Below are positions 1 to 11,012 of a stretch of DNA of 64,000 bases, one piece after another (the first letter of the stretch is position 1; each line of letters starts with the position of its first letter). This DNA is from Macrostomum lignano (lineage: Eukaryota): the NCBI GenBank assembly GCA_002269645.1, contig NIVC01000916.1, positions 186,001 to 250,000 of the forward strand, read 5' to 3'. The position numbers were made by a program, and so were the translations under genes. The notes beneath the pieces were generated by a model that was not told where the DNA came from, searched no databases, and worked only from the letters and a program-made list of their open reading frames with translations.

Positions 1-1480
1 GGAAGGATAGCCTGGGAAGGGTAGAATCGGAGAGCTGCCTGGGAAGGGTAGCCTGGGAGGGGTAGAATGGGAGAGCTGCCTGGGAAGGGTAGCCTGGGAA
101 GGGTAGTCAGGAAGGATTGACTGGAAGAGGTAGCCTGGGAAGGGTAGCCTGGGAGGGGTAGAATGGGAGAGCTGCCTGGGAAGGGTAGCCAGGAAGGATT
201 GACTGGAAGAGGTAGCCTGGAAGGGTAGCCTGGGAGAGGTAGAATGGGAGAGCTGCCTAGGAAGGGTAGCCAGGAAGGATTGCCTGGGAAAGGTAGCCTG
301 GGAGGGCTGCCTAGGAAGGGTAGCCTGGGAGGGCTGCCTAGGAAGGGTAGCCTGGGAGGGGTAGCCAGGAAGGATTGCCTGGAAAAGGTAGCCTGGGAAG
401 GGTAGCCTGGGAGGGGTAGAATGGGAAGGGTAGCCAGGAAGGATTGACTGGAAGAGGTAGCCTGGGAAGGGTAGCCTGGGAGGGGTAGAATGGGAGAGCT
501 GCCTGGGAAGGGTAGCCTGGGAAGGGTAGCCTGGGAAGGGTAGCCTGGGAAGGGTAGCCTGGGAAGGGTAGCCAGGAAGGATTGACTGGAAGAGGTAGCC
601 TGGGAAGGGTAGCCTGGGAGGGGTAGAATGGGAGAGCTGCCTGGGAAGGGTAGCCTGGGAAGGGTAGCCAGGAAGGATTGACTGGAAGAGGTAGCCTGGG
701 AAGGATAGCCTGGGAGGGGTAGAATAGGAGAGCTGCCTGGGAAGGGTAGCCTGGGAAGGGTAGCCAGGAAGGATTGACTGGAAGAGGTAGCCTGGGAAGG
801 GTAGCCTGGGAGGGGTAGAAATAGAATGGGAGAGGTAGCCTGGGAAGGGTTAGCCTGGGAAGGGTAGCCTGGGAAGGGTAGCCTGTGAGGGGTAGAATGG
901 GAAGGGTAGCCTGGGAGGGGTAGAATGGGAGGGCTACCTGGGAAGGGTAGCATGGGAGAGGTAGCCTGGGAAGGGTAGCCTGGGAAGGGTAGCCTGGGAA
1001 GGGTAGCCTGGGAGGGGTAGAATAGGAGAGCTGCCTGGGAAGGGTAGCCTGGGAAGGGTAGCCAGGAAGGATTGACTGGAAGAGGTAGCCTGGGAAGGGT
1101 AGCCTGGGAGGGGTAGAAATAGAATGGGAGAGCTGCCTGGGAAGGGTAGCCTGGGAAGGGTAGCCAGGAAGGATTGACTAGAAGAGGTAGCCTGGGAAGG
1201 ATAGCCTGGGAGGGGTAGAATGGGAGAGTTGCTTGGGAAGGGTAGAATGGGAGAGCTGCCTGGGAAAGGTAGCCAGGAAGGATTGCCTAGAAGAGGTAGC
1301 CTGGGAGAGGTAGAATGGGAGAGCTGCCTGGGAAAGGTAGCCAGGAAGGATTGCCTAGAAGAGGTAGCCTGGGAGAGGTAGAATGGGAGAGCTGCCTAGG
1401 AAGGGTAGCCAGGAAGGATTGCCTGGGAGAAGTAGCCTAGGAAGGGTAGCCATAGAGAAGTAGCCTAATAGGGCTGTCTG
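1..1480. repeat. G-rich satellite, ~14-bp core GGAAGGGTAGCCTG with variant sub-blocks; truncated by the window start, degenerating to ~1740
   Basis: Direct tandem repetition visible; variants increasingly carry G>A changes (CCTGG>CCTAG>CCTAA) toward the right edge. Confidence 0.95.
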
Positions 1481-2850
1481 GGAAGGGTAGCAGCCTAGGA
1501 GAGGTTGAATGGGAAGGATAGCCTAGGAAGGCTACTTGGGTGGGGTAGAGTAAAAAAGGGGCTGTCTAAGAGGGCTGCCTGGGAAGGCTGCCTTAAGGGT
1601 TTGCTTAGAAAGGCTACCTAAGAAAGATAGCTTAGAAGGACTACCTGGGAGGAATAGTCTAAAATAGATAGCCTAGATGTCCTGGAAGGGGAGCCTAGAA
1701 GGGCTACCTAGAAGAGGTAGCAAGGGAGATCCAAGGGTCCCAAGGGGGCATAGCCATGATATCCTCCTTAACTATGGTTAAAAAAACTTTGCATCACATT
1801 TTTGGCCTATAACTATATACGTACAAGGTTTATTTTCTAATTTTAGGTTATAGTTGCTTTGTATAGTTTGCCCTTTTCAAATTTCTCTAGATATTTCCTT
1901 GAAAGATAATTATAAAGGCTAGCCAAAGAAAAAATAGCTTAGAATAAAGAAGCCTAGCTAGAATAAACTAGATTAGGTAGACTAAGTGAGGTAGACTAGC
2001 CTAGTCTAACTAGGTAAGGTAGTCATAAAGGTTGTTTAAAAAGAATAATAGCCTAGCTAAGCCTTGGTAAGCTATAGTATAGGCAAAACTTTTTATTTAC
2101 TTTTTAAACTTATAACAACAAAGTAATAGGCTAGGCCTATACTAACAAAATATATTTATTAAATGTTCATAGTATAGTAGGCTCTATACTAGAATTAGAA
2201 CTAGAAATGTTTATGTTTAATATAGGCTCTACAAATAATTTACTAGTACTAATATTAATAACAAAAACTTTTTTATAGTCTAAAGACAAAGTAGCTACCT
2301 AGCTATATGAGCTATATGTCCATATAATATACAACACTTGATTAGACCTAGCCCTACCTTTACATGGCTGATGGCTACAATAAAAACCTATACTAGCCAT
2401 AGATAAGCCTAGCATATGCTATATATAGGCCTGGGGCTAGGCTCTAAAATTTCAACCAAGAAGCCCAGATATAGATTGGAAAGAACTTATCAACTTATAT
2501 CTAGTCATTAATAGCCTATCCTAGCCTTTTAACTAAAGATAATATATCCCTGCCATTATTCTAAAGTAGACCAGAACAAGTCAATTGGCCTATATTTACT
2601 ATATATTACAGTGCAATTCAATTCTAACAATGAAATAGGCCTAGTTACTTTATATCAAAGGTGGCTTTTTGAACTAGGCCTATTAGGGCCTAGTCAATTA
2701 GTCCAGTTGTGTCTAAGCCTAGTAAAGATTAACTACTTGATAATGCTTAACAATAATGAAAAAGCTTAGTATTAAACTGTAACGACTCTTGTACTTAACC
2801 TTACCCTAGCCTAAAACTATAATAGTCTAGGCCCCTAGCTCATTTTAAAT
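1440..2850. other. CpG-free, CpA/TpG-depleted, TpA-rich hypermutated block (probably a decayed repeat or TE)
   Basis: Hand count for 1921-2040: 0 CpG, 19 TpA vs 5 ApT, 4 CpA+TpG vs 13 ApC+GpT; CpGs resume abruptly at ~2850. Confidence 0.8.
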
Positions 2851-3017
2851 CGACGGCAATTTTACCAGCCGATTGAATATATTAGTTGGCTTTAGTAGGC
2901 CTTGCGAACATGATCTTTGAACACAGAACTTGTTCGCAACAGCCTTAAAGGCGGTCAGCGATCATGTTCAATTTGGCTTTATAAAGCGGCGTATCTGTCA
3001 ACACGGGTGTGTAAACA

Positions 3018-3323
3018 TATGAAACATTCGCCGACACTTATTCAGACACTTTAGTTTCTGTCGTATGGTTAGGAAAAAGCATTAAATTTGTCTAGGACAC
3101 TTCCTAATTCATATTTAATGAAATAAAGCAGTCCATGCATAGTTTTAATTTTGAAATTTTGTTTTTGTGCACTCGTTCCAGACTTTCAAATTATGGCTTT
3201 TATCGCGTAGCGTGCACATGCATCGTGTACAACGATTAGCTGCAGTGTGCTAATTAGTTCACTGAGGTATTAAAAGCGTACAAGGAGACGAACCTCAGCG
3301 AATGTGTCGGCGAATGTTTCATA
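3018..3323. mobile_element. MITE-like element bounded by a perfect 20-bp inverted repeat
   Basis: TATGAAACATTCGCCGACAC at 3018-3037 and its reverse complement at 3304-3323; non-coding AT-rich interior; no clear TSD. Confidence 0.5.
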
Positions 3324-4636
3324 CGTACCATGTAATATATTTTAATAATTAATGTGTGCAAAGTACCGAAAAGTAATAATCTTTTGTTTTAATGCTCAAA
3401 ATATATCGGTGAGTTTTTTTGTTTTAAATTAACAAATTAACAAACCATAATTAATTAATACTTTAATAGATGTTTTGCTGACCCTTAGAATGATTAGCTA
3501 TAGCTAAAAATAAATGTTTTTTAAAGTTTCTGCGACCGACATGAAAACAAATGGTTTATAAATGACGCTCGTTGAACTTAAAATCACTTCTCATAGCTAC
3601 TATACGGCTTGTATAATGCAAGAATCGTAGAAACAATATTAATTGGATAACCTAAGATAGAGATATTTTGGAGTCGGCATGCAAAATTAGTACGATCTCT
3701 AGTCAGCCAGCATCAGCAAAAAACACGCAGCAGACAGAAGCAGTTTACAGCATCTACAGTACATGGACAATGTTTGTGGGTGTAACAGAGTACACGCCAG
3801 ACGCCACGCATCATGTGCAACAGATGAGATCATTTAAAAAATCATATGAATCTTGATTAACAGCCAAGCAAGTCTTCTAGTAGAAATAGAATTATACATT
3901 ACATTAGCTTTTGCACCAAGCCGCTGTGTAAATTGAACTGCTCTTTGCTATGGGAAATGAAAGAAAATTGATTTTTGGATTTAATCTGCGGCCTGCGCAA
4001 TGGAACTTTTTTACAGCACCCTCGGGGGAAGATATGGTCAAAACGGTCATGCCTAGAGGGGGCCTAGCTGGGAGACAGTGTGGCGAACAAAGACCAAGAC
4101 CATTTAGAAATTGACATCGAATTCAGGTTGCAATTCAATTAGGTTTAATGCCTTCTGTGTTGATTTATGCCTTCAAGCATCGAGCTTTTTAATGCTAACC
4201 GTATGGCAGTCACCCATGACCCACCCATGTAGCGCGGTGCAACCTGCTATAAAAACAACAAAGACTGCCGCAAAAATGGCCTCCCAAAAACCACAAGGCG
4301 CCTCATAAACTCCCGCGGGGGAAGGATGAATTATTTTAAGGTCTTTGTGGAAAGTCTTGGTGTGAAAAAGTTTCTTTAACTTCGAACAGATAAAATTTTC
4401 TCACTAATGGATTTTGCAGCAACCAAACTTAATGCGTCGTGTCAAATACAGTTTGTTTGGCTTCCAAAATTGATCTGCATCCTCATTAATGGGAGATCGC
4501 AGATTGCCCAGACATCCAGTAGAGATAGCCGCAGCCCCCATGAAGTTAATTGTAGGGCTGATTTAAACTGCTAGCCATGTTTAATATATAGCCCAACCGT
4601 ATTTAATGACTGCGCGTCCGGATTCCGTGTCCGGGC

Positions 4637-4669
4637 TATAAAATTATATAATGCAAACAATCCGTCAGC
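4637..4669 (+). promoter_or_regulatory. Putative TATA box plus Inr-like start
   Basis: TATAAAA at 4637-4643, with TCAGCC placing an A at 4667, 30 nt downstream of the first T. Confidence 0.4.
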
Positions 4670-4730
4670 CTCTCCCTCCCCAGCAGCAGCAGCTACCCGG
4701 CATTGCTGTCTCTCTTCAAGATTAGCCATA
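4667..4730 (+). repeat. 64-bp perfect direct repeat, left copy (flank of LTR element)
   Basis: AGCCTCTCCC...ATTAGCCATA is identical to 8791-8854. Confidence 0.97.
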
Positions 4731-4896
4731 TGTTGTGTATGAACTTAAGTTCTATGGTTTATGGGTGAAGCCTTATTCATATTTTAAGTATAGCAGCCAG
4801 CTACTTCGCTGCGGAAAATATACGCGCTGCATGCATCTACGATCTCTTCCTAACTTGGCATCTTGCATTCGTCTTCGTTACTACGAAATTACAACA
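4731..4896 (+). repeat. 5' LTR (166 bp)
   Basis: Inverted termini TGTTG/CAACA, directly followed by the PBS. Confidence 0.85.
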
Positions 4897-4908
4897 TGGC
4901 GACGAGGA
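4897..4908 (+). promoter_or_regulatory. Primer-binding site, tRNA-Ser(GCU)-type
   Basis: TGGCGACGAGGA is complementary to a tRNA 3' end ...UCCUCGUCGCCA (tRNA identity from recall). Confidence 0.75.
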
Positions 4909-4958
4909 AAATTTAATTCGCCGCGGGACGATACTGCAGTCACCAAATCTTCATCCCG

Positions 4959-7900
4959 ATGTCTTCCGGACTCGACTTCCGACTGGGGGAGATGCCGCTG
5001 TGCTACCCCGATGTCGAACAGTATTTCAAGCGCCTCGGTTTTTACATTTGCGCAACGGAAAAGAATGACCAGAGCAAAGCCGTTCTACTTGCTACATGTG
5101 GAGATGCCGCATTTTCACTGATTGAGACACTTGTGCAGCCAGAAGACATTTTAAACGATACAAAGTGTACGTTCGATTTCATCAAAGAAGCGGTACTGAG
5201 CCACTTGAAACCCAAGCGCCTTCTTCACTACGACAGACATCTGCTACATACCATGGTCCAAATACAGGGTGAGTCGGTGACAAAGTTTTTGGAGAGACTG
5301 AAGACACAGGCCAACAAATGCGAATTCGGCAACCTGCGAGAAGAGTTAATTCTTTCTTAGTATATTTTCGGACTGGCTGATAATTCTCTGAAGCAAAAAT
5401 TACTAGTGAAGGAAAAACTGGATCTAGAGACTGCGGTTAAGGATAGTCTCTTATCGGAGTCCGTATCTCAAGCTACTGAGTCGAGCAAAACCGTCGCAGC
5501 AGTGCAGAAAACCACTCACAAGAAGACCGGCAGCAACCAAAAGTATCCAACGGTATCCAGGCCAATGCCAACAACGCCGAATCATTCTAAGTCTAGCTGC
5601 CATTCCTGTGGTAACCCGGGTCATCTTAGAAATACCTGCAAGTTCCGTAATGCGACATGTCACAAGTGCGGAAAAACCGGGCACATTGCCAGAGCATGCA
5701 GGTCCAACATCGGTGGCAGCAAGAAAGTCACGTACGCGGAAGTTGAAGCAACCGACGCTGATCCACCTGATTCAGCTGTGTACTCGGTGATCAAGGCTAC
5801 TCCATGCGACGAACTCTGGAAAATAGTCTGCACGATCGGTGATTCCACAGTCCATATGTGCGTCGACTCTGGTAGTCAGGTAACAATTTTGCCAGTAACC
5901 ATCGTAGAGCAAGCCGGATTGCACATGGTTGACGCGGACATTCGATCACTCAAAGTTTTCGGGGGAGCTTCAGTTTCCGTACGAGGCATGGCTAAGGACG
6001 TCAAGATTGAGCTGAGAAACGGCAAAACAGCATGCGGAGACATATATGTCGGGGACCCATCCAGTCAAGCCATTTTGGGAATAAATTTTATTCGTGCCTT
6101 CAACCTATTGACGGTAGACGAATTTCTGTGCCATCTAGTGCAGTGTGATGAAAATTCAAGATTCCAGGCCAGCTTTCGCCTGAAGGACGGGGCCTCTACC
6201 GATGGAATGTGCTTTCCTGCCAGATCCCTTCCGTTCTCAATTAAAACTTTGGTTGAACTGGAGCTGAAAAGACTGGAAAGTGCAGGTATCATCTACCCAG
6301 TTCACTCGCCTAAGGTATCGTGCCCTATTGTTCCTGTGTTGAAACCAGAAGGATCAAAGAGACCCATTAGACTGTGTGGAGACTATTCAGTCACTCTCAA
6401 CAGACTGATAGACCGAGATCGATATCGACTGCCAACTTTGAAAGAAATCCTTCAAAAGATCCCAAATTCGAAAGTGTATTCAGTGCTTGACCTCGAAGAC
6501 GCATTCTTGCAGATTCCCCTAACGCCAGAAAGTCAGGATCTTACGTGTATTTCCACCCACGTAGGACATTTTGCCTTCCGCAAGTTACAATTTGGGATAT
6601 CGGCAGCACCACTGATATTTCAGGAAGTTATGGATATCTTGCTCAAAGGAATACCAGGCACTGCTTCTTATCAGGACGACATCATTCTAGGCACTGAAAC
6701 AGTGGAGCAGCATCGACAGATCCTGGTGCAAGTCAAGGAAAAACTGAAAAAGCATGGATTCAAGATCAATGAGCGTAAGACTCAGGAGTGCAAGAAAGAA
6801 GTCACATTTCTGGGATTTCTCCTCCGAGATGGGAAACTTTTGCCTGATCCTGCAAGAGTGGAAGCTCTATCCAACTTGTCAGAGCCAAAAGACCGGGATC
6901 AATTGAGAAGTGCTATATGCACCTTAAGACACTACGGGATTTTTTGTCGGAACTTCTCTATGATCGCCAAGCCGCTCTATTACCTCCTAAAGAAAGGGGT
7001 TCAGTGGAAATGGACTGTCGTTCACTCAAGTGCGTTCTCCCAACTGAAAGCTGCTGTAACGGAAGGTCGAATCGTTTCTTATGATATAAAAAGGCCGTTG
7101 TTTCTAACCTGCGACGCTTCTCAGAGTGGAGTCGGATTTGTGCTGTCCCACGACACGAACCAAAAAGAAGTTGTATGGCTGGGAAGCAGAGTTTTGACCA
7201 AGGCTGAGGCCAACTACGCCAACATTGAGCGGGAGGCTCTTGCAATTATCGAGGGTGTAAAATATTTTCATCAATTTCTGGCAGGCCGTCATTTTACAAT
7301 CATCTCTGATCACAGACCTTTGCAGTACATCTTCTCTACAACGAAAGTTCCTGACCGAGTTTCTGCGAGACTCCAGAGATGGGCATTGCTGCTCAGATCC
7401 TATGACTACACTGTCACTTACTCAAAAGGAGACACCATGCTCGCAGCAGATACTCTGTCCAGAATTCCTTCAACAAACGCTTCTACTTCGTTTTCAAATT
7501 TTGATGTCAATATGCTGGAGGTAAACTCTCTCGTAGAATTTTCTTCTTCTGGGACAATTCTTCGGCGTGTCGCCAACACCAGAGACCCTGAAATTGATAT
7601 TATCAAGAAGTTTGTTACTCAAGGTTGGCCAAGCTACATTTCTAAACAGCTGCTTCCGTACACCAAATCCAAGGCGGAATACTCCATTCAAAACGGGATT
7701 CTGTTCAAAGGGATCCGAATCGTGCCTCCAAAGTCCATGCGCAGAGAAATTCTTCAAATTCTTCACGAGAATCATCCGGGCATTGTGCGCATGATCAGAC
7801 TAGCTCGAGAGTACTTCTGGTGGCCTTACATTGACGCCCAGATCAATAGCTTCGTTCAAAGGTGTCCTTCCTGCCAACTAAATTCGAGAAAGCGAACAAA

Positions 7901-8750
7901 TGCAAATCTGCATTCATGGGAAGATGCAAAGTTCTTCTTCGAACGTGTTCATCTGGACATAGCATATTTCAAGGAGAAACACTTCTTGGTTCTCATCGAC
8001 TCCTTCTCTCGGTGGATTGATGTACATCAGCTGTCAAATCTCACAGCCAACTCTCTTATTCCAGCATGCAGACGAACATTTAAGTACATGGGACTTCCAA
8101 CGTGCATTGTGACTGTCAATGGAACTAATTTTCGATCAAAAGAGTTCGCAGAATTTCTTAAGATGAATCTAATTAACCATGTCCTAACACCACCTGGTCA
8201 TCACCAGTCAAATGGGATTGTGGAGAGAGCTATCCAAGAGTTAAAAGTGACTCTGAAGCAGAACAGTAATGACATAGGTTCCGAATGTGAGAAGGTGTTG
8301 ATATCATTCTGCCTTTCGAAGAACACTACACCGAATTCCGAAGGAGCGATTCCTGCTGCACAACTGTTTATGCAACGCCCAAGAACGCGCCTCACTGCAA
8401 CCTTTACAGAATGGGACAAACCGCTAACTACCCCAATTCCTGTCTACATCAACGTAGAAGGAAAGTCAGACAAGGTCCCAGAAGAAATCCAAGGACTTCA
8501 TGGATCAAATACCTACTTGGACAGCAAAGGACGGGTTGTCCATGCATCTGATGCAACGCCAAGGACTACAGAGAACTCACAAGAGATTACCTCGCCTGGA
8601 CCTGCCAATGTTGGCAGCAGCAATGATAAGGAAATGGAAACTACGACTCCTGCTGAAGTGGAGACAACCAGCGATCAAAGTCCCGAGTACCAAGTTTCTC
8701 GTCGAAGTCAGAGGCTCCGAAAAGCCCCTGATCGGCTGACCTATTCCTGA
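4959..8750 (+). pseudogene. gag-pol polyprotein in a single frame, with one in-frame TAG at 5358-5360 and integrase catalytic Asp>Val
   Basis: ORFs 4959-5360 and 5406-8750 are in frame. Motifs: two CCHC knuckles (CHSCGNPGHLRNTC, CHKCGKTGHIARAC), protease VDSG, RT YQDD, RNaseH CDAS/EREA/SDH, IN HHCC, HLD and ERAI. The middle Asp reads IVTVNG instead of xDNG (GTC at 8115-8117). Confidence 0.93.
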
Positions 8751-8790
8751 TTTATTTGATCGTTAGATCGTTAGATCGTTCGGTCTTTGG

Positions 8791-8854
8791 AGCCTCTCCC
8801 TCCCCAGCAGCAGCAGCTACCCGGCATTGCTGTCTCTCTTCAAGATTAGCCATA
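8791..8854 (+). repeat. 64-bp perfect direct repeat, right copy
   Basis: Identical to 4667-4730. Confidence 0.97.
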
Positions 8855-9845
8855 CAAGCTAAATTGGGTCAAGCTTAGCCCACAGAGAGACACGGAGGCT
8901 GACAAAGCCTGCAGTCTAAAAAGTAGCATAGAAAAAACTTTAGAAAAGCAGCATACAGAAAAGTCGGTCTAGCTCTTTCAGCTGTCTAATTATGCATATA
9001 CAGAGGCCGCAAAAGCAGCCGAGTCGGCCCGGATTCCGGCCTAGCAACTGTCGCAGCACGGTCGCTTTAGACTGCCGGAGTGGTGAAGTCAGAACAAAGA
9101 CTTACATGGCGCCTGACGCAGCAGCAGATGGCCGCTTGTAGCAGCTTGATGCAGAAATTCCTACAATAGAAACAGCTCCGGCTGCATTCTCCCAATTGAT
9201 TTGAGACTTTGATGGCAGCAAGTTGTCGGGCGAGAGCGTGGGGGATGTTTGCTCACCGCCAACACGCCCCAACAAGCTTAGGAGCTGCTAATACCCAGAG
9301 ACTCGGGTCATTTGCATAGGCATTGCTGAGTTGGACTGGAGAAAGTGAAGATTATAAAATGACTCTGTAATGCTTTGTGTAAGACCTGCTAAGCCTCTTA
9401 AAGACGCTGAGTCGAACTCAAATTGGGCCAACCCCAACCCCCCGCAGGTTACTTTGCTTAAAAGTCACGTTGCAGCTGGAAACTTTGATCATCGATATTG
9501 GAACCGGTGCGGCCGGAGCTCAGATAAGAGACTTGGGGATCCAGCCTTGCTGCTCCACGGGGGGCGGAGTCAGCGACAGGAAGTGGGAATTCTCCCGGAT
9601 CGTCACGCACCATGCGGGGTGGGACTGGCTGGTGGGGGGGGGGGGCTAAGCGAAGCTCCAATCTCGACTTTGCGAGAGACTCAAAATTTATGAGCTACGA
9701 AGATCCCGGAACTGGGGATGCGAAACAGCCGGGTTTCTGGCCTTTATCTCTGCATTTAAATGTAATTAAATTGAGTTGGAAGAGCATTGCAACAGCCAAT
9801 TCTGCATAATTGAGGGACAAACTATTGTGGGGGGGAGCTGAAGAA

Positions 9846-10240
9846 CACTGGATAGAGCGCTGAGGATCTGGATAGAGCACTGAGGATCTGGATAGAGCAC
9901 TGAGGATCTGGATAGAGCACTGAGGATCTGGATAGAGCACTGAGGATCTGGATAGAGCACTGAGGATCTAGATAGAGCATTGAGGATCTGGATAGAGCAC
10001 TGAGGATCTGGATAGAGCGCTGAGGATCTGGATAGAGCACTGAGGATCTGGATAGAGCACTGAGGATCTGGATAGAGCACTGAGGATCTGGATAGAGCAC
10101 TGAGGATCTGGATAGAGCGCTGAGGATCTGGATAGAGCACTGAGGATCTGGATAGAGCACTGAGGATCTGGATAGAGCACTGAGGATCTAGATAGAGCAC
10201 TGAGGATCTGGATAGAGCACTGAGGATCTGGATAGAGCAT
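9846..10240. repeat. 20-bp minisatellite (GATAGAGCACTGAGGATCTG), ~19-20 copies
   Basis: Direct tandem array. Confidence 0.97.
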
Positions 10241-10943
10241 AAGGGACATGACGCTAAGGCTAAGAGACGAGAACGCGAGCTCCTATTCTCCGGAAAATGA
10301 AAATTTATTTTCCAATTTCGCCTGCCGCCAGCTGGCCAGCTCCTCGCCCTTTGGAACAGCTGTGCGCGGGCCGGTGAAGGATTTCAAAGCGCGGCGAGAG
10401 ATGAAAATTCTGTTTGGAAGCTGCGGATGAAGGGAAATGCGACAAACAAATGTTTCGTCGTAAGCTGGGGGAGACAGATGTCACCTGGCACCCGGGACAC
10501 CCCAGTTGAGTGGCAAAGGCAAGCACAACAATGCCCAATGATGATGATGGGCCCAGCCACAGACCACCGCTTCGTTTGGGATAATTATCCCCCCACTCCA
10601 CGCGGGAGAGCCCCATGCATTCAGGCGGCGCTCCCTGCTCTCTGATAGCCAGCGCTCAATCCCTTGCTTTCAGCTGCCCGCCGCAGCTGTTCCGTGTATT
10701 CACGAGGGCGCGCAGCTGATGGCCTGATGAAGCTAAGAAGAGCCTGGCTCTGGCGGCTTATCTGCGCAACACATGCGCTTGATGGAAGCCAGCCACCCGG
10801 GCACAGCTGCATGGGCGGCGCCCGACTCTGGGGGGGGGGGTTGCCGGAATCTGCGGCAGGCGGCTGCCATGCTTTGCGAAATGGTGAAACTGGCCCCGAA
10901 TTCGAGCTCGTTTAACAATCGATGAAGTTTCAAGCTTATGGAC

Positions 10944-11012
10944 CAGAGGCGGATCCAGGATTTTTCCGGGGGTCATGACCCCCTTGACCCCCCCTCCCTG
11001 GATCCGCCATTG
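10944..11012. mobile_element. Tiny MITE-like element with a 12-bp TIR GGCGGATCCAGG
   Basis: 10948-10959 and 10997-11008 are perfect inverted repeats. Confidence 0.5.

Larger units (their letters stand above)
4731..8790 (+). mobile_element. Ty3/gypsy (Mag-like) LTR retrotransposon with 5' LTR only; no PPT or 3' LTR
   Basis: TGTTG...CAACA LTR, PBS and gag-PR-RT-RH-IN domain order. After the pol stop there is only a 40-nt filler (GATCGTTA tandem) and then the 64-bp duplication. Confidence 0.92.

Noticed and set aside
2790-2815. Telomere-like TAACCTTACCCTAGCCT
   Set aside because: Too short and degenerate to call an interstitial telomere.
5358-5360. TAG as a programmed gag-pol readthrough codon
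   Set aside because: It lies within the capsid region upstream of the zinc knuckles, not at the gag/pol boundary; a CAG>TAG mutation is simpler.
9101-9165. Possible small minus-strand exon (AG...GTAAGT; ...IKLLQAAI...)
   Set aside because: 55 nt with no partner exons or recognisable domain; likely chance.
9583-9589. GTGGGAA CSL/Su(H) site and GGCGCC (9109) as Notch/BMP elements for the Id-like gene
   Set aside because: Short motifs expected by chance; no paired architecture or conservation evidence.
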